Assembly: GCA_038087875.1 (NCBI GenBank)
Contig: CM075986.1
Span: forward strand, 33,418,001 to 33,477,559
Source of the DNA: Malacoraja senta
Taxonomy: Eukaryota
Direction: 5' to 3'
Length of the DNA stretch: 59,559 bases
Below are positions 49,068 through 59,559 of this stretch, in pieces. Below the pieces are notes generated by a model. The model searched no databases, was not told the origin of the DNA, and saw only the letters and a program-made list of their open reading frames with translations. The translations under genes were made by a program, and so were the position numbers. Numbering within the stretch: position 1 is the stretch's first letter; every line of letters starts with the position of its first letter.

Positions 49068-49447
49068 AAGTCGCTGCCTCAAAAAGGCTGGCAGTATCAT
49101 CAAAGACCCACACCATCCCGGCCACACACTCATCTCCCTGCTACCTTCAGGTAGAACGTACAGGAGCCTGAAGACTGCAACGACCAGGTTCAGGAATACC
49201 TACTTCCCCACAGCCATCAGGCTATTAAACCTGGCTCGGACAAAACTCTGATTATTAATAACCCATTCTCTGTTATCTGCTCTTCATCAGTTTATTTATT
49301 CATGTGTGTATATATTTATATAATGTCATATGGACACACTGATCTGTTTTGTAGTCAATGCCTACTATGTTCTGTTGTGCTGAAGCAAAGGAAGAATTTC
49401 ATTGTCCTATCAGGGACACATGACAATAAACTCACTTGACTTGACTC
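49068..49447 (+). mobile_element. Rex1/Babar LINE 3' fragment
   Basis: Near-identical to the copy at 50940-51330 (cgctgcctcaaaaaggctggcagtatcatc... with a (CTTGA)n tail). Confidence 0.75.
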
Positions 49448-49850
49448 AAGGAGGGAGGAGAGGAAGGAAGAGGTAAGAGAAAGGGGGAGGGAGAGAAAGG
49501 GGGAGGGGTTAGAGAGGGGGAGGGGAGAGAGGGGAGGAGAGAGGGGGGGAGAGAAGGGGAGGGGAGAGGGGGGGAGAGAAAGGAGGATGGAGAGGGAGGA
49601 GAGAGAAGTAAGAGGGGTGAGACATGGGAGGGGGGAGAAAGGGGAGGGGGAGAGAGTGGGAGGGGAGAGATGGGGAGGGGAGAGAGGGGAAAGAACACAG
49701 TGAATCACCCACTCTTTCTAGCAGCACCCAGAGTCGCGCGGGGATGTGGAGAGTGGTGGGGGGTGAGGGTGGGGGGTGAGGGTGGGGGGGATGGGGTGGA
49801 GTTAACACCCACGCCGGTGAGCAGCACCCAGGCACGGGGTGGGTGAGGGG

Positions 49851-51713
49851 CAGGAACGTGCCGTCAGGTTAGGCAAGGTAGGCACTGCCTACCCTGACTA
49901 AAATTATGACATGGTAATCATTAAATATAAATAGTAAAGGCATGGGAGAATTATGCCTATCCAGGAGATCGATCTCTTAGGTAGGCATAATTCTCCGTGC
50001 CTTTCAACCGCAGCACTTGCAACACGCGAAGGTCTGTGCAGCCCACGCTGCCTGAAGCCGTCAATTTCAAGGGGAGCTGAAGGCAGCTGAAATTCTGCCT
50101 TTGCTGCACTGCGCATGCGCAAGCGCAAGTTTCTTGGTGGGTTTTTCAAATATGGATTGCCATTATCTCAAGGGTATGTTCGGAAGCAAGGAGAGAAGAA
50201 TGGACTTCGTGTACCAATACCGTGGTAAGTACATTTCTTGGTACTTAATGTTTTTAAATACTGTATTTCCCGGGGTGGGTGGGGGGGAAGAGCTCCTTTC
50301 ACAGTGTTTGAGGAGTCTGGCCCGGGGTAAAGTTGCGGGGAGGGCAGGAGCGTTGTGAAGGAGGGGATCGGGGCCAGTAATCCACTTGTGACGCTCCAGG
50401 CACAGAGCCACTGCATTGTGGCCGGGGAGTGAATTAGCTCGGGTGGCTGCCGCTGCGCTCCGGGCACGGACAGCAGAACTGGCCGCCACTTCCGAGGAAG
50501 GAAGCAGCTCGGGTGACTGCGAGCGGCCGCCGGGACCAGACAGCAGAACCGGCTGCCACTTCAGCCGCTTCTGCTGGTCCCCGCTCACCTCCGGCAGTGC
50601 TCTCCGTCTGAACACCTCTCTCCTGCCGCTCGCCGGCCGGCTTCCCGCAAATCCTTAAATTCTGACAGCGCGCTCAAGGGACCAATTGAGGTTACTCGGC
50701 TGTGGGAATTTAAGGATTTGCGGGAAGCAACTGACATGAGTGAAGCCGGCGAGCGGCAGGAGGGAGATGTTCAGTCGGAGAGCACTGCCAGAGGTAAGCA
50801 GGCCGGCAGAAGGCGCTGAAGTGGCAGCCGGTTCTGCTATCGGGTCCTGGCGGCCGCTCGTAGTCACCCGAGCTGCTTCCCTCCACGGAAGTGGCGGCCA
50901 GTTCTGCTGTCCCTGCCCGGAGTGCTGCGGCAGCAGTGAGTGAGTCTGACCTCCCTTCCATCGAGGGGATCTACCACAGTCGCTGCCTCAAAAAGGCTGG
51001 CAGTATCATCAAGGACCCACACCATCCTGGCCACACACTCATCTCCCTACTACCTTCAGGTAGAAGGTACAGGAGCCTGAAGACTACAACGACCAGGTTC
51101 AGGAACAGCTACTTCCCCACAGCCATCAGGTTATTAAACCTGGCTCGGACATAACACTGAACTTTATTAGCCAATACTGTTATTTGCACTTTATCAGTAT
51201 ATTGACCATTGTGTATATATTTATAGAATGCCTTGTAGTAAATGCCTACTATGTTCTGTTGTGCTCAAGCAAAGCAAGAATTTCATTGTCCTACCAGGGA
51301 CACATGACAATAAACTCACTTGACTTGACTTGACATGATCTCCGACCCCCTCCTTCTCAACACTCCTGCCCTCCCCGCAACTTTAACCCCTGGCACATAC
51401 TCTCCACATGCTGTGAAAGGAACTCTCCCTCCAATTGGACCCTTGAATTAGTATTGTCATTCAATAAGATGACAACTGATTCAACGTCCCGGTGTGCTCC
51501 CGTTTTTCCCACCATCTCTCCACCTGCCTTCATCCTCCGTCCCCCACCCATTCAGTAATTAAAAAATGAAGGAGATTTAGAAGCCTTGGGCAAATTGAAT
51601 TGTTACTTATTTTTATTTTTTATTTTTTGAGAGAACAATCTGCGCATGCGCGGTTTAAGTTTTTTTTTAAAGCCGCCTGCCTACCCTGAATAATTACTCA
51701 CGGCACGTGCCTG
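49851..51713. mobile_element. Non-autonomous hAT-like DNA transposon with an internal long inverted repeat and a nested Rex1 fragment
   Basis: TIRs CAGGAACGTGCCGTCAG and CTCACGGCACGTGCCTG. Perfect 8-bp TSD GTGAGGGG at 49843-49850 and 51714-51721. Confidence 0.85.
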
Positions 51714-51773
51714 GTGAGGGGAGTGTGGGAGGGGGAGGGGAGTAGGGTGGTGGGGGGGGGGTCAGTATCTCAC

Positions 51774-51895
51774 CCACGCCGGTGAGCAGCACCCAGCTGC
51801 GAGGGGGGTGGGGGCAGAGAGCGATGGCCTCACTCAGGGTCCGCGTCGTCTCCACTCGGCTCGACACCACCTCCTGCTGGAAGGAGCGGCTCCAC
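51774..51895 (-). CDS. SDR39U1: SDR39U1 exon 4
   Basis: ccacag acceptor and G|GTGAG donor; 122 nt. WSRSFQQEVVSSRVETTRTLSEAI...PPRSWVLLTGV. Confidence 0.92.
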
Positions 51896-52238
51896 CTGTG
51901 GGGAGAGGAGGCACTGAGTCCCCCTCCCACCATCAGAGTCTGTCTCCCCCTCCTCACCCGCCCTTCTCTCTCCACCAACCACCCTCTCCTCTCTCTGTCT
52001 CCAACCACTCCATTCCTCTGCCCCCTCCCACCCTGACATCCTCCCCAGCCCCTCCCCCTCCTCTCTCCCCCCCTCTCTCCCCCACCCCCTCCAATCCCTC
52101 CCTCCCCCTCATCTCTCTCCCACCTCCCCCTCCCCCACCTCCCTCTCTCTCCCCCCTCCGTCTCCCCCATTTCCCAACTCCTCTCTCTCTCCTCCCTCTC
52201 TCTCCCCTCCCTCTCTCCCCCTCCCCTCTCTCACTGAC

Positions 52239-52321
52239 CTCCGTAGTGGGTTGAGGATATTGGCTCCGGCCACATTCACCACGGCATCACAGGGGGGCAG
52301 GCCACGGGAGGCCACGTGTGT
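52239..52321 (-). CDS. SDR39U1: SDR39U1 exon 3
   Basis: ttccag acceptor and AG|GTCAGT donor; 83 nt. THVASRGLPPCDAVVNVAGANILNPLRR. Confidence 0.92.
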
Positions 52322-52459
52322 CTGGAACACAGGGAACACGGGTCAGGAACATGGGTCAGATTGAACACGGGTCGGGGACAGGGGGCGGGGACACGGGGCG
52401 GGGACAGATTGAACACGGGTCAGGGTCAGAGGGACAGGGGTGAGAGGGCGTGGACTCAC

Positions 52460-52563
52460 CCAGGTGACCCCGGCCCCGGGACTCCGGGAGACGACCTCCA
52501 CCTCGTGACCTTTACTCCTCAGGAGGCAGCTGAGGGCGGAGCCAACGAAGCCGGAGCCTCCGC
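52460..52563 (-). CDS. SDR39U1: SDR39U1 exon 2
   Basis: gggcag acceptor and TGG|GTGAGT donor; 104 nt. GGGSGFVGSALSCLLRSKGHEVEVVSRSPGAGVTW contains the Rossmann GxxGxxG motif. Confidence 0.9.
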
Positions 52564-52599
52564 CTGCCCCAAAGAAACACAGCAGTCAGCGGCCCGACC

Positions 52600-52880
52600 C
52601 CATGACCCCTCAACCCGGGAAGCAGCCCAACTCTGTGACCCCTCACCCCCGACCCCATGACCTGACACAACGACCTATGACCTCCAACCCGGGAAGCAGC
52701 CCGACCCTGTGATCTCTCACCCCCATGACCCCTTCCCCGATGAGCAGCCCGACCCCGCGACCTGTTGCCCCCAACCCCATGACCTGACGCATCGACCCGT
52801 GACCCCCGACCCGGGAAGCAACCAGACATGTTGACCTGTGAACCCTGAACCAAGGGAGCAGCCTGACACGTTCACCCCTG
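52600..52880. repeat. Degenerate ~40-bp tandem repeat rich in GACCCC motifs
   Basis: Repeated gcagcccgacccc..tgacccc..cccgggaa units in SDR39U1 intron 1. Confidence 0.65.
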
Positions 52881-53659
52881 ACCCATAGGATACAAAGGAC
52901 ATTTATTATCACATACACCAAATGGTGTAGTGACATTTAACTTGCCAATGTAGCACAGGAATAAAGTTAAGACACAACATTAAAGAATTTAACAACATAA
53001 AAACATCCCCCACAATGGTTCCCACTGTGGGGGAAGCCAGCAAAGTCCAGTCCCATCCCCTGTTCACCCATAGTTGGGCCTATTGTGGCCTCCACAGCCA
53101 GTCCGATGTTTTCAGGCCCTCTTGCCGGAAAAGCTGGAGCTCCGGCGTCGGGTGAACACTCCTCAGTGGCTTGGAAATGTCTGGAGCGGCCGCTTCCTCC
53201 CCGGAGACCGCGGCACCTGTAGTCCTCAGCTGGCCGGAGCTCCGACTCTGGCGATCTCGGATCCTAGGCTCTGCGGTGTTTTAAATCCAGCGCCGCCCGC
53301 TGCCACAGCTCCTCGGATGTTAAAGTCGGCGGCCACAGCACCCGGTAAGGCATCGCCCGCTCCGTGTTGGCGTCCCTGCGCTGTGCCGCCGCCAAAGCTG
53401 CACTCCCGGCCGGTCCCAACAGGAAAGGCCACTCCAGTCCGATGGCCGGCCGCGAGGAGGGGGGCGAAGAAGCAGCTCGGAGGGAAGCTGCCTCTCCGAC
53501 CAGGTAGGGACTAGGAAATAAAATTTCCCCCTTCCCCTCCCCCCACCCACCACATAAAAGACTAGAAGACCTCCAAAACAAATCACTAAAAATAAAAAAA
53601 AGGGTGAAAGGACTAACAGCTGCTGGCAGGGCAGCCATATTCGACGGAGCCCCTGGGGA

Positions 53660-54285
53660 GGAACCAGACACTTCCTTCTGCAGTTGTACAGTAGTGAGGT
53701 AGGGGGGCAGTAGTGGGACCACACCTGGAGTATTGTGTACAGTTTTGGTCCCCTAATTTGAGGAAGGACATTCTTGCTATTGAGGGAGTGCAGCGTAGGT
53801 TTACAAGGTTAATTCCCGGGATGGCGGGACTGTCATATGCTGAGAGAATGGAGCAGCTGGGCTTGTACACTCTGGAGTTTAGAAGGATGAGAGGGAATCT
53901 TATTGAAACATATAAGATTATTAAGGGTTTGGACACGCTAGAGGCAGGAAACATGTTCCCAATGTTGGGGGAGTCCAGAACCAGGGGCCACAGTTTAAGA
54001 ATAAGGAGTAAGCCATTTAGAACGGAGACGTGGAAACACTTTTTCTCACAGAGAGTTGTGAGTCTGTGGAATTCTCTGCCTCAGAGGGCGGTGGAGGCCG
54101 GTTCTCTGGATACTTTCAAGAGAGAGCTAGATAGGGCTCTTAAAGATAGAGGAGTCAGGGGATATGGGGAGAAGGCAGGAACGGGGTACTGATTGGGGAT
54201 GATCAGCCATGATCACATTGAATGGCGGTGCTGGCTCGAAGGGCCGAATGGCCTCTACTGCACCTGTTGTCTATTGTCTATTAGC
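53660..54285 (+). mobile_element. CR1 LINE 3' fragment
   Basis: ORF 53713-54192 ([11 protein letters not shown]...) followed by a (CTATTGT)n tail. Confidence 0.88.
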
Positions 54286-54344
54286 ACCCGACCCTTGACC
54301 CCAGGGATCGACCTGAGACAGTGACCTGTGACCCCTGCACCTAC

Positions 54345-54360
54345 CGATCAGAACCTTCAT
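54345..54360 (-). CDS. SDR39U1: SDR39U1 exon 1 (MKVLI-G)
   Basis: ggcgggATG AAG GTT CTG ATC G|GTAGGT. The six exons total 996 nt, i.e. 331 aa in one open frame. Confidence 0.85.
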
Positions 54361-54445
54361 CCCGCCGCCGTCTCCGTGACAACCCGCGCGCTCTGGTCCC
54401 CGCTGCCGCCGCCGCTCTTGTCCCGGAGAAACCTCTTCGTAGGCA

Positions 54446-56481
54446 CTGGAGGGCCCGCGCGGGGGGGGGGGGGGGGGGCGAGCTGGAGGACCCGCGCGGT
54501 GGGGCGGAGCTAGAGGAACCGCGCGGGGGGGGGCGGAGCTGGAGGACCAGCGCGGGGGGGGGGGGGGGGGGGAGGGGGGAAGCGGAGCTGGAGGACCCGC
54601 GCGGGGGGGGCGGATCTGGAGGACCAGGGCGGGGGGGGGCGGAGCTGGAGGAACCGCGCGGGGGGGCGGAGCTGGAGGACCAGGGCGGGGGGGGGCGGGA
54701 GCTAGAGGAACCGCGTGGGGGGGGGCGGATCTGGAGGACCCGCGGGGGGGGGCGGAGCTAGAGGAACCGCGCGGGGGGGGGGCGGATCTGGAGGACCCGC
54801 GGGGGGGGGCGGAGCTAGAGGAACCGCGCGGGGGGGGGGGGCGGAGCTGGAGGACCAGCGCGGGGGAGGGGGGGGAAGCGGAGCTGGAGGACCCGCGCGG
54901 GGGGGGCGGAGCTGGAGGACCCGCGCGGGGGGGGGCGGAGCTAGAGGAACCGCGCGGGGGGGCGGAGCTGGGGGACGGGCGGAGCTGGAGGACCCGCGCG
55001 GGGGAGGGGCGGAGCTGGAGGACCCGCGCGGGGGAGGGGCGGAGCTGGAGGACCCGCGCGGGGGGGCGGAGCTGGAGGACCAGGGCGGGGGGGGGCGGAG
55101 CTAGAGGAACCGCGTGGGGGGGCGGAGCTGGAGGACCAGGGCGGGACTGAAGGACCAGGCGTGGGGGGAGCTGGAGGACCCGCGCGGGTGGGGGCGGAGC
55201 TGGAGGACCCGCGCGGGGGGGGGCGGAGCTAGAGGAACCGCGTGGGGGGGGGGCGGCCCTGGAGGACCCGCGCGGGGGGGCGGAGCTGGAGGACCCGCGC
55301 GGGGGGGGCGGAGCTAGAGGAACCGCGTGGGGGGGGGGCGGCCCTGGAGGACCCGCGCGGGGGGCGGAGCTGGAGGACCCGCGCGCGGGAGGGGCGGAGC
55401 TGGAGGACCCGCGCGGGGGGGCGGAGCTGGAGGAACCGCGCGGGGGGGGGGCGGAGCTGGGGGACCCGCGCGGGGGAGGGGCGGAGCTGGAGGACCCGCG
55501 CGGGGGGGCGGAGCTGGAGGAACCGCGCGGGGGGGGGGCGGAGCTGGGGGACCCGCGCGGGGGGGGGGCGCAGCTGGAGGACCCGCGCGGTGGGGGCGGA
55601 ACTGGAGGACCCGCGCGGTGGGGGCGGAACTGGAGGACCCGCGCGGTGGGGGCGGACTGGAGGACCCGCGCGGGGGGGGCGGAGCTAGAGGACCGCGTGG
55701 GGGGGGGGGCGGCCCTGGAGGACCCGCGCGGGGGGGCGGAGCTGGAGGACCCGCGCGGGGGGGCGGAGCTGGAGGACCCGCGCGGGGGAGGGGCGGAGCT
55801 GCAGGGACCCGCGCGGGGGGGCGGAGCTGGAGGACCAGGGCGGGACTGAAGGACCAGGGCGTGGGGGGGGGCGGAGCTGGAGGACCCGCGCGGGTGGGGC
55901 GGAACTGGAGGACCAGGGCGGGACTGAAGGACCAGGGCGTGGGGGGGGGGCGGAGCTGGAGGACCCGCGCGGGTGGGGCGGAGCTGGAGGGGGGGGCGGA
56001 GCTGGAGGACCAGGGCGGGACTGAAGGACCAGGGCGTTGGGGGGTGGGGGGGCGGAGCTGGAGGACCCGCGCGGGGGGGGGGGGGAAGCTGGAGGACCCG
56101 CGCGGGGGGGGGCGGAGCTAGAGGAACCGCGTGGGGGGGGGGGGCGGCCCTGGAGGACCCGCGCGGGGGGGCGGAGCTGGAGGACCCGCGCGGGGGAGGG
56201 GCGGAGCTGCAGGACCCGCGCGGGGGGGCGGAGCTGGAGGACCAGGGCGGGACTGAAGGACCAGGGCGTGGGCGGAGCTGGAGGACCCGCGCGGGTGGGG
56301 CGGAACTGGAGGACCAGGGCGGGACTGAAGCACCAGGGCGTGGGGGGGTGGAGCTGGAGGACCCGCGCGGGGGGGGGGGGGGGAAGCTGGAGGACCCGCG
56401 CGGGGGGGGGGCGGAACTGGAGGACCAGGGCGGGGGGGGGCGGAGCTGGAGGACCAGGGCGGGACTGAAGGACCAGGGCGG
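54446..56481. repeat. ~2-kb GC-rich VNTR, unit about 28-32 bp (GGCGGAGCTGGAGGACCCGCGCG(G)n)
   Basis: Directly visible. Variant units include AGCTAGAGGAACC, GGACCAGGGCG and GGGACTGAAGGACC. The + strand is extremely G-rich and CpG-rich. Confidence 0.95.
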
Positions 56482-56485
56482 GAAG

Positions 56486-56572
56486 ATGGCGGAGAGCGGA
56501 GCCGCGGAGAGAGAGGAGGAGGAGGAGGAGGAGGAGGAGGAGGAGGAGAGCGCGGAGGAGCGGGGAGTGAGG
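56486..56572 (+). CDS. Probable first coding exon of an unidentified gene head-to-head with SDR39U1
   Basis: Strong Kozak context gggaagATGG. Encodes MAESGAAER(E)12SAEERGVR. Phase-0 donor candidates GTGAGG at 56567 and 56573; an in-frame stop follows at 56597. No second exon was recognised. Confidence 0.4.
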
Positions 56573-57099
56573 GTGAGGAGAGAGGGAGAGAGAGATTGAA
56601 GTAATGAAAGAAAGAAAGAAAGAGGGAGAGAGAGAGAGAGACGGGGGGAGAAGGACATGCAGGAGAGGGAGTGTAAGGGGAGGCTGGAGAGGAGAGGGAG
56701 AGGGAGAGGGAGAGGAGGGGGGTGTACGTAAGTAAGTAAGTTTCATTTATAAAGCACGTTTAAATCAACTCGCGTTGAAACCAAAGTGCTTTACATAAAA
56801 TAAATAATTACTTTTCCGTACATCCATAGAAAAAAGGATGGAGAGAAGATGATGGGGGAGAGTGGAGGTGGGGAGAGTGGAGGAGGGGATGGAGGAAGGG
56901 GAGGGGGCAGGAAGGGGAAGGGTAGGGGACTGAATAGAGGAGGAGGGAGATGGAGATGAAGGAGGGGGAGAGCAGGTCGGAGGGAGGGAGGGGACGGGGG
57001 GGGGGGGGGGGGGGGGGAGAAGGGGGAGGAAAGTTTTATTGTCATCTGTCCCGAAACAGAACAATGGAAACTCTCACTTGCGGCAGCAACGACAGATGG

Positions 57100-59559
57100 A
57101 GGAACACACGGCGAAAAATCAGGCCCTTTGGCCCAACTCGCCCACACCGGCCAACATGTCCCCATCAACACTAGTCCCACCTGCCCGCACTTGGCCCATA
57201 TCCCTCCAAACCAGTCCTATCCATGTACCTGTCCAAATGTATTTTAAATGTTGTTAAAGCACTTGCCTGTCCTCCGGCAGCTCGTTCCATACACCCACCA
57301 CCCTGTGTGGAAAGGTTACCCCTCAGGTTCCTATTAAATCTATCCCCCCCCCCCTCTCTTCTTAAACCTATGTCCTCAAGAGATTCTGTGCTTTACCCGA
57401 TCAATATCAATACCCAATGAATGGCAGAGTAGACTTGATGGGCTGAATGGCCTAATTCTGCTCCTATCACCTATGACCAATCCCTCTCATGATTCTATAC
57501 ACATCTATAAGATCAACCCTCATCCTCCTGCGCTCCAAGACATGGAGACCCAGCCTATTCAACCTCTCCCTATAGATCAGGCCCTTGAGTCCTGGCAACA
57601 TTTTTCTTTCTACCCTCAGCATCTTCTCTATACCCTTTCCAGCTTGACAACATCTTACCTATAATATGGTAACTCAACCAAACACAATACTCTAAATGTG
57701 GCCTCACCAACGTCTTATACAACTGCAACATGACCTCCCAACTTCTATACTCAATACTCTGACTGATGAAGGCCAATGTGCTAAAAGCCTTTTTGACCAC
57801 CCTATCTACCTGCGACTCCACCTTCAAGGAACCGTGCTCCTGTACTCCCAGATCACTCTGCTCTACAACACTACCCAGAGGCCGACCATTCACTGTGCAG
57901 GTCCTGCCCTTGTTCGACGTCCCAAAATGCAACACATTTATCTGTATTAAATTCCATCAAGCATTCACTTGTCCACATGGCCAGTCGATCAAGATCCTGC
58001 TGCAATCGTTCACAACCATCTCCACTATCTCCAATACCACCCACTTATTTTTAAATCATTTGCAAACTTGCGAATCTTAGTGTATCTTCTCATCCAAATC
58101 CCCTAAGGCACACCACTAGTCACAGGCCTCCAGTCCCAAGATGCAACCTTCCACCGTCACCCTGTGCTTCTTCCCATGAAGCCAATAAGCGAGTTTGGTA
58201 TTCCGACTGCGCATGCCCAGGTCATAGGCCACTCGCGATAAACATTCTTGGCAGCTGTGCAGGTCTGGGTTTTGTCCGCGGTCGGGGTCGGGCCCGGGTC
58301 TCCGGCACTGCGGGCGCTGTTGAGTTGCTGCTGGGCCGTCCCCGTCCCCTCTCGGGTGTCCCTTCCCTTGCAACTGGAGCGGGGGGGGGGGGGAGATGCT
58401 GGCTCCAGATCGGCTCTGCCTGTCCCTGGAGGGGACTGGGCTTGCAGCCGGAGCAGGAGGGATGCGCTGGCACCGGCTCGGCTCTGGCTCCCGAGGGCCT
58501 CTCTCCTTGTCCAGTGGCTGTCGGTTGGCTCCTTGGTGCTGGCGGGGGCCGGTCATCGGTGGGGATGCACACGGGGGGGGCGCCGCGGTGGCTCGGCTGG
58601 TCAGGCAGCATCTCTGGAGAAGGGTCTCGACCCGAAACGTCACCCATTCCTTTTCTCCGGGGATGCTGCCTGTCCCGCTGAGTTGCTGCAGCGTTTTGTG
58701 TGTGTGTGTGTGTGTGTGTCCGTTGATGGCTGGTGCTCGGCTGCTGGGTGGGGCGGGGGGTGCGGCTGGCAGTCCCCGGCCCATCGGAGCGGGTTCCTCG
58801 GGAGTTGGAGCGGGGTTGGGCTGGAGTTGGCACTTCTCCGCGCTGGCTGTGGGCCTGGGCCGCCGATACTCTGGCCGCCGATACTTTTTTAAGTGCTCCT
58901 CATTTCTCGAAATTCATCCAGGGACATCTGTAGAAGTTGGTGAGTGGTGGGGGGACATGGTAAATAGGTGCAGGAGGAGGCCATTTGGTCGCAGCTCTTA
59001 ATATACTTGGACATCAATGGGATTGGACAGGAAACAGGTTCCTGATGTGGGGGAGTCCAGAACCAGGGGTCACAGTTTAAGAATAAGGGGTCGGCCATTT
59101 AGGACTGAGATGAGGAAAACCCTTTTCACCCAGAGAGTTGTGAATCTGTGGAATTCTCTGCCACAGAAGTCAATGGAGGCCAATTCACTGGATGTTTTCA
59201 AGAGAGTTAGATTTAGCTCTTAGGGCTAACGGAATCAAGGGATATGGGGAGAAAGCAGGAACGGGGTACTGATTGTGGATGATCAGCCGTGATCATATTG
59301 AATGGCGGGTGCCGGCTTGAAGGGCCAAATGGCCTCCTCCTGCACCTATTTACCATGTCCCCCCACCCCTCACCAACTTCTACAGATGTGTCGTTGAAAG
59401 CATTTCATCGGGATACATCATTGCCTGTGTTCGGAACAGCTCCATACAAGACCACACGAAGTTGCAGTGAATTGGCCTCCACTGCCTTCTGTGGCAAAGA
59501 ATTCCACAGATTCACAACTCTCTGGGTGAAAATGCTTCTCCTCATCTCCATCCTAAATG
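57100..59559. mobile_element. Cluster of CR1 3' fragments in both orientations with a Penelope tail (about 58600-58700)
   Basis: ORFs 57570-57935 and 59017-59223 match the CR1 C-terminus. Confidence 0.75.

Noticed and set aside
56727-56742. GTAAGT as a strong donor for the head-to-head gene
   Set aside because: It lies beyond the in-frame stop at 56597 and is part of a (TAAG)n tail of a retroelement fragment.
54271-56746. Very long Pro/Gly/Arg-rich ORFs (795, 353, 264 aa and others)
   Set aside because: They are translations of the GC-rich VNTR, which lacks stops in several frames. Only the 16-nt SDR39U1 exon 1 and possibly 56486-56572 look coding.
1-59559. CRISPR arrays, rRNA or genuine tRNA genes
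   Set aside because: None seen. The tandem arrays lack unique spacers, and the Pol III A/B boxes belong to SINE heads that do not form complete cloverleaves.

Overview
Eukaryotic, repeat-rich genomic DNA. The exon sequences and transposon families point to a cartilaginous fish, most likely a skate or ray (inference). Positions 4.7-31.1 kb hold the constant region of an IgW (IgX/omega) heavy-chain cluster on the + strand. Exon order is C1, C2, a Cys-rich short secretory exon, C3, C4, C5, C6 with secretory tailpiece, then a second diverged C3/C4 pair (C7, C8), TM1 and a probable TM2. No V, D, J or RSS was found, so these presumably lie upstream of the window. C4 and C8 each carry a 1-nt frameshift, which is either real or an assembly error. 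About 2.3 kb upstream of C1 is a 20-bp AGCT/AGCA-rich minisatellite resembling a switch region. A complete six-exon SDR39U1 gene lies on the - strand (43175-54360), tail-to-tail with IgW. A 2-kb G-rich VNTR separates it from a probable first exon of an unidentified head-to-head gene. The rest is CR1, Rex1/Babar, RTE and Penelope retroelements (with hammerhead-like motifs), SINEs, a deleted Gypsy LTR element, and Harbinger, hAT, Tc1/pogo and Helitron non-autonomous elements. All assignments come from reading the sequence and from recalled family features; no searches were run.
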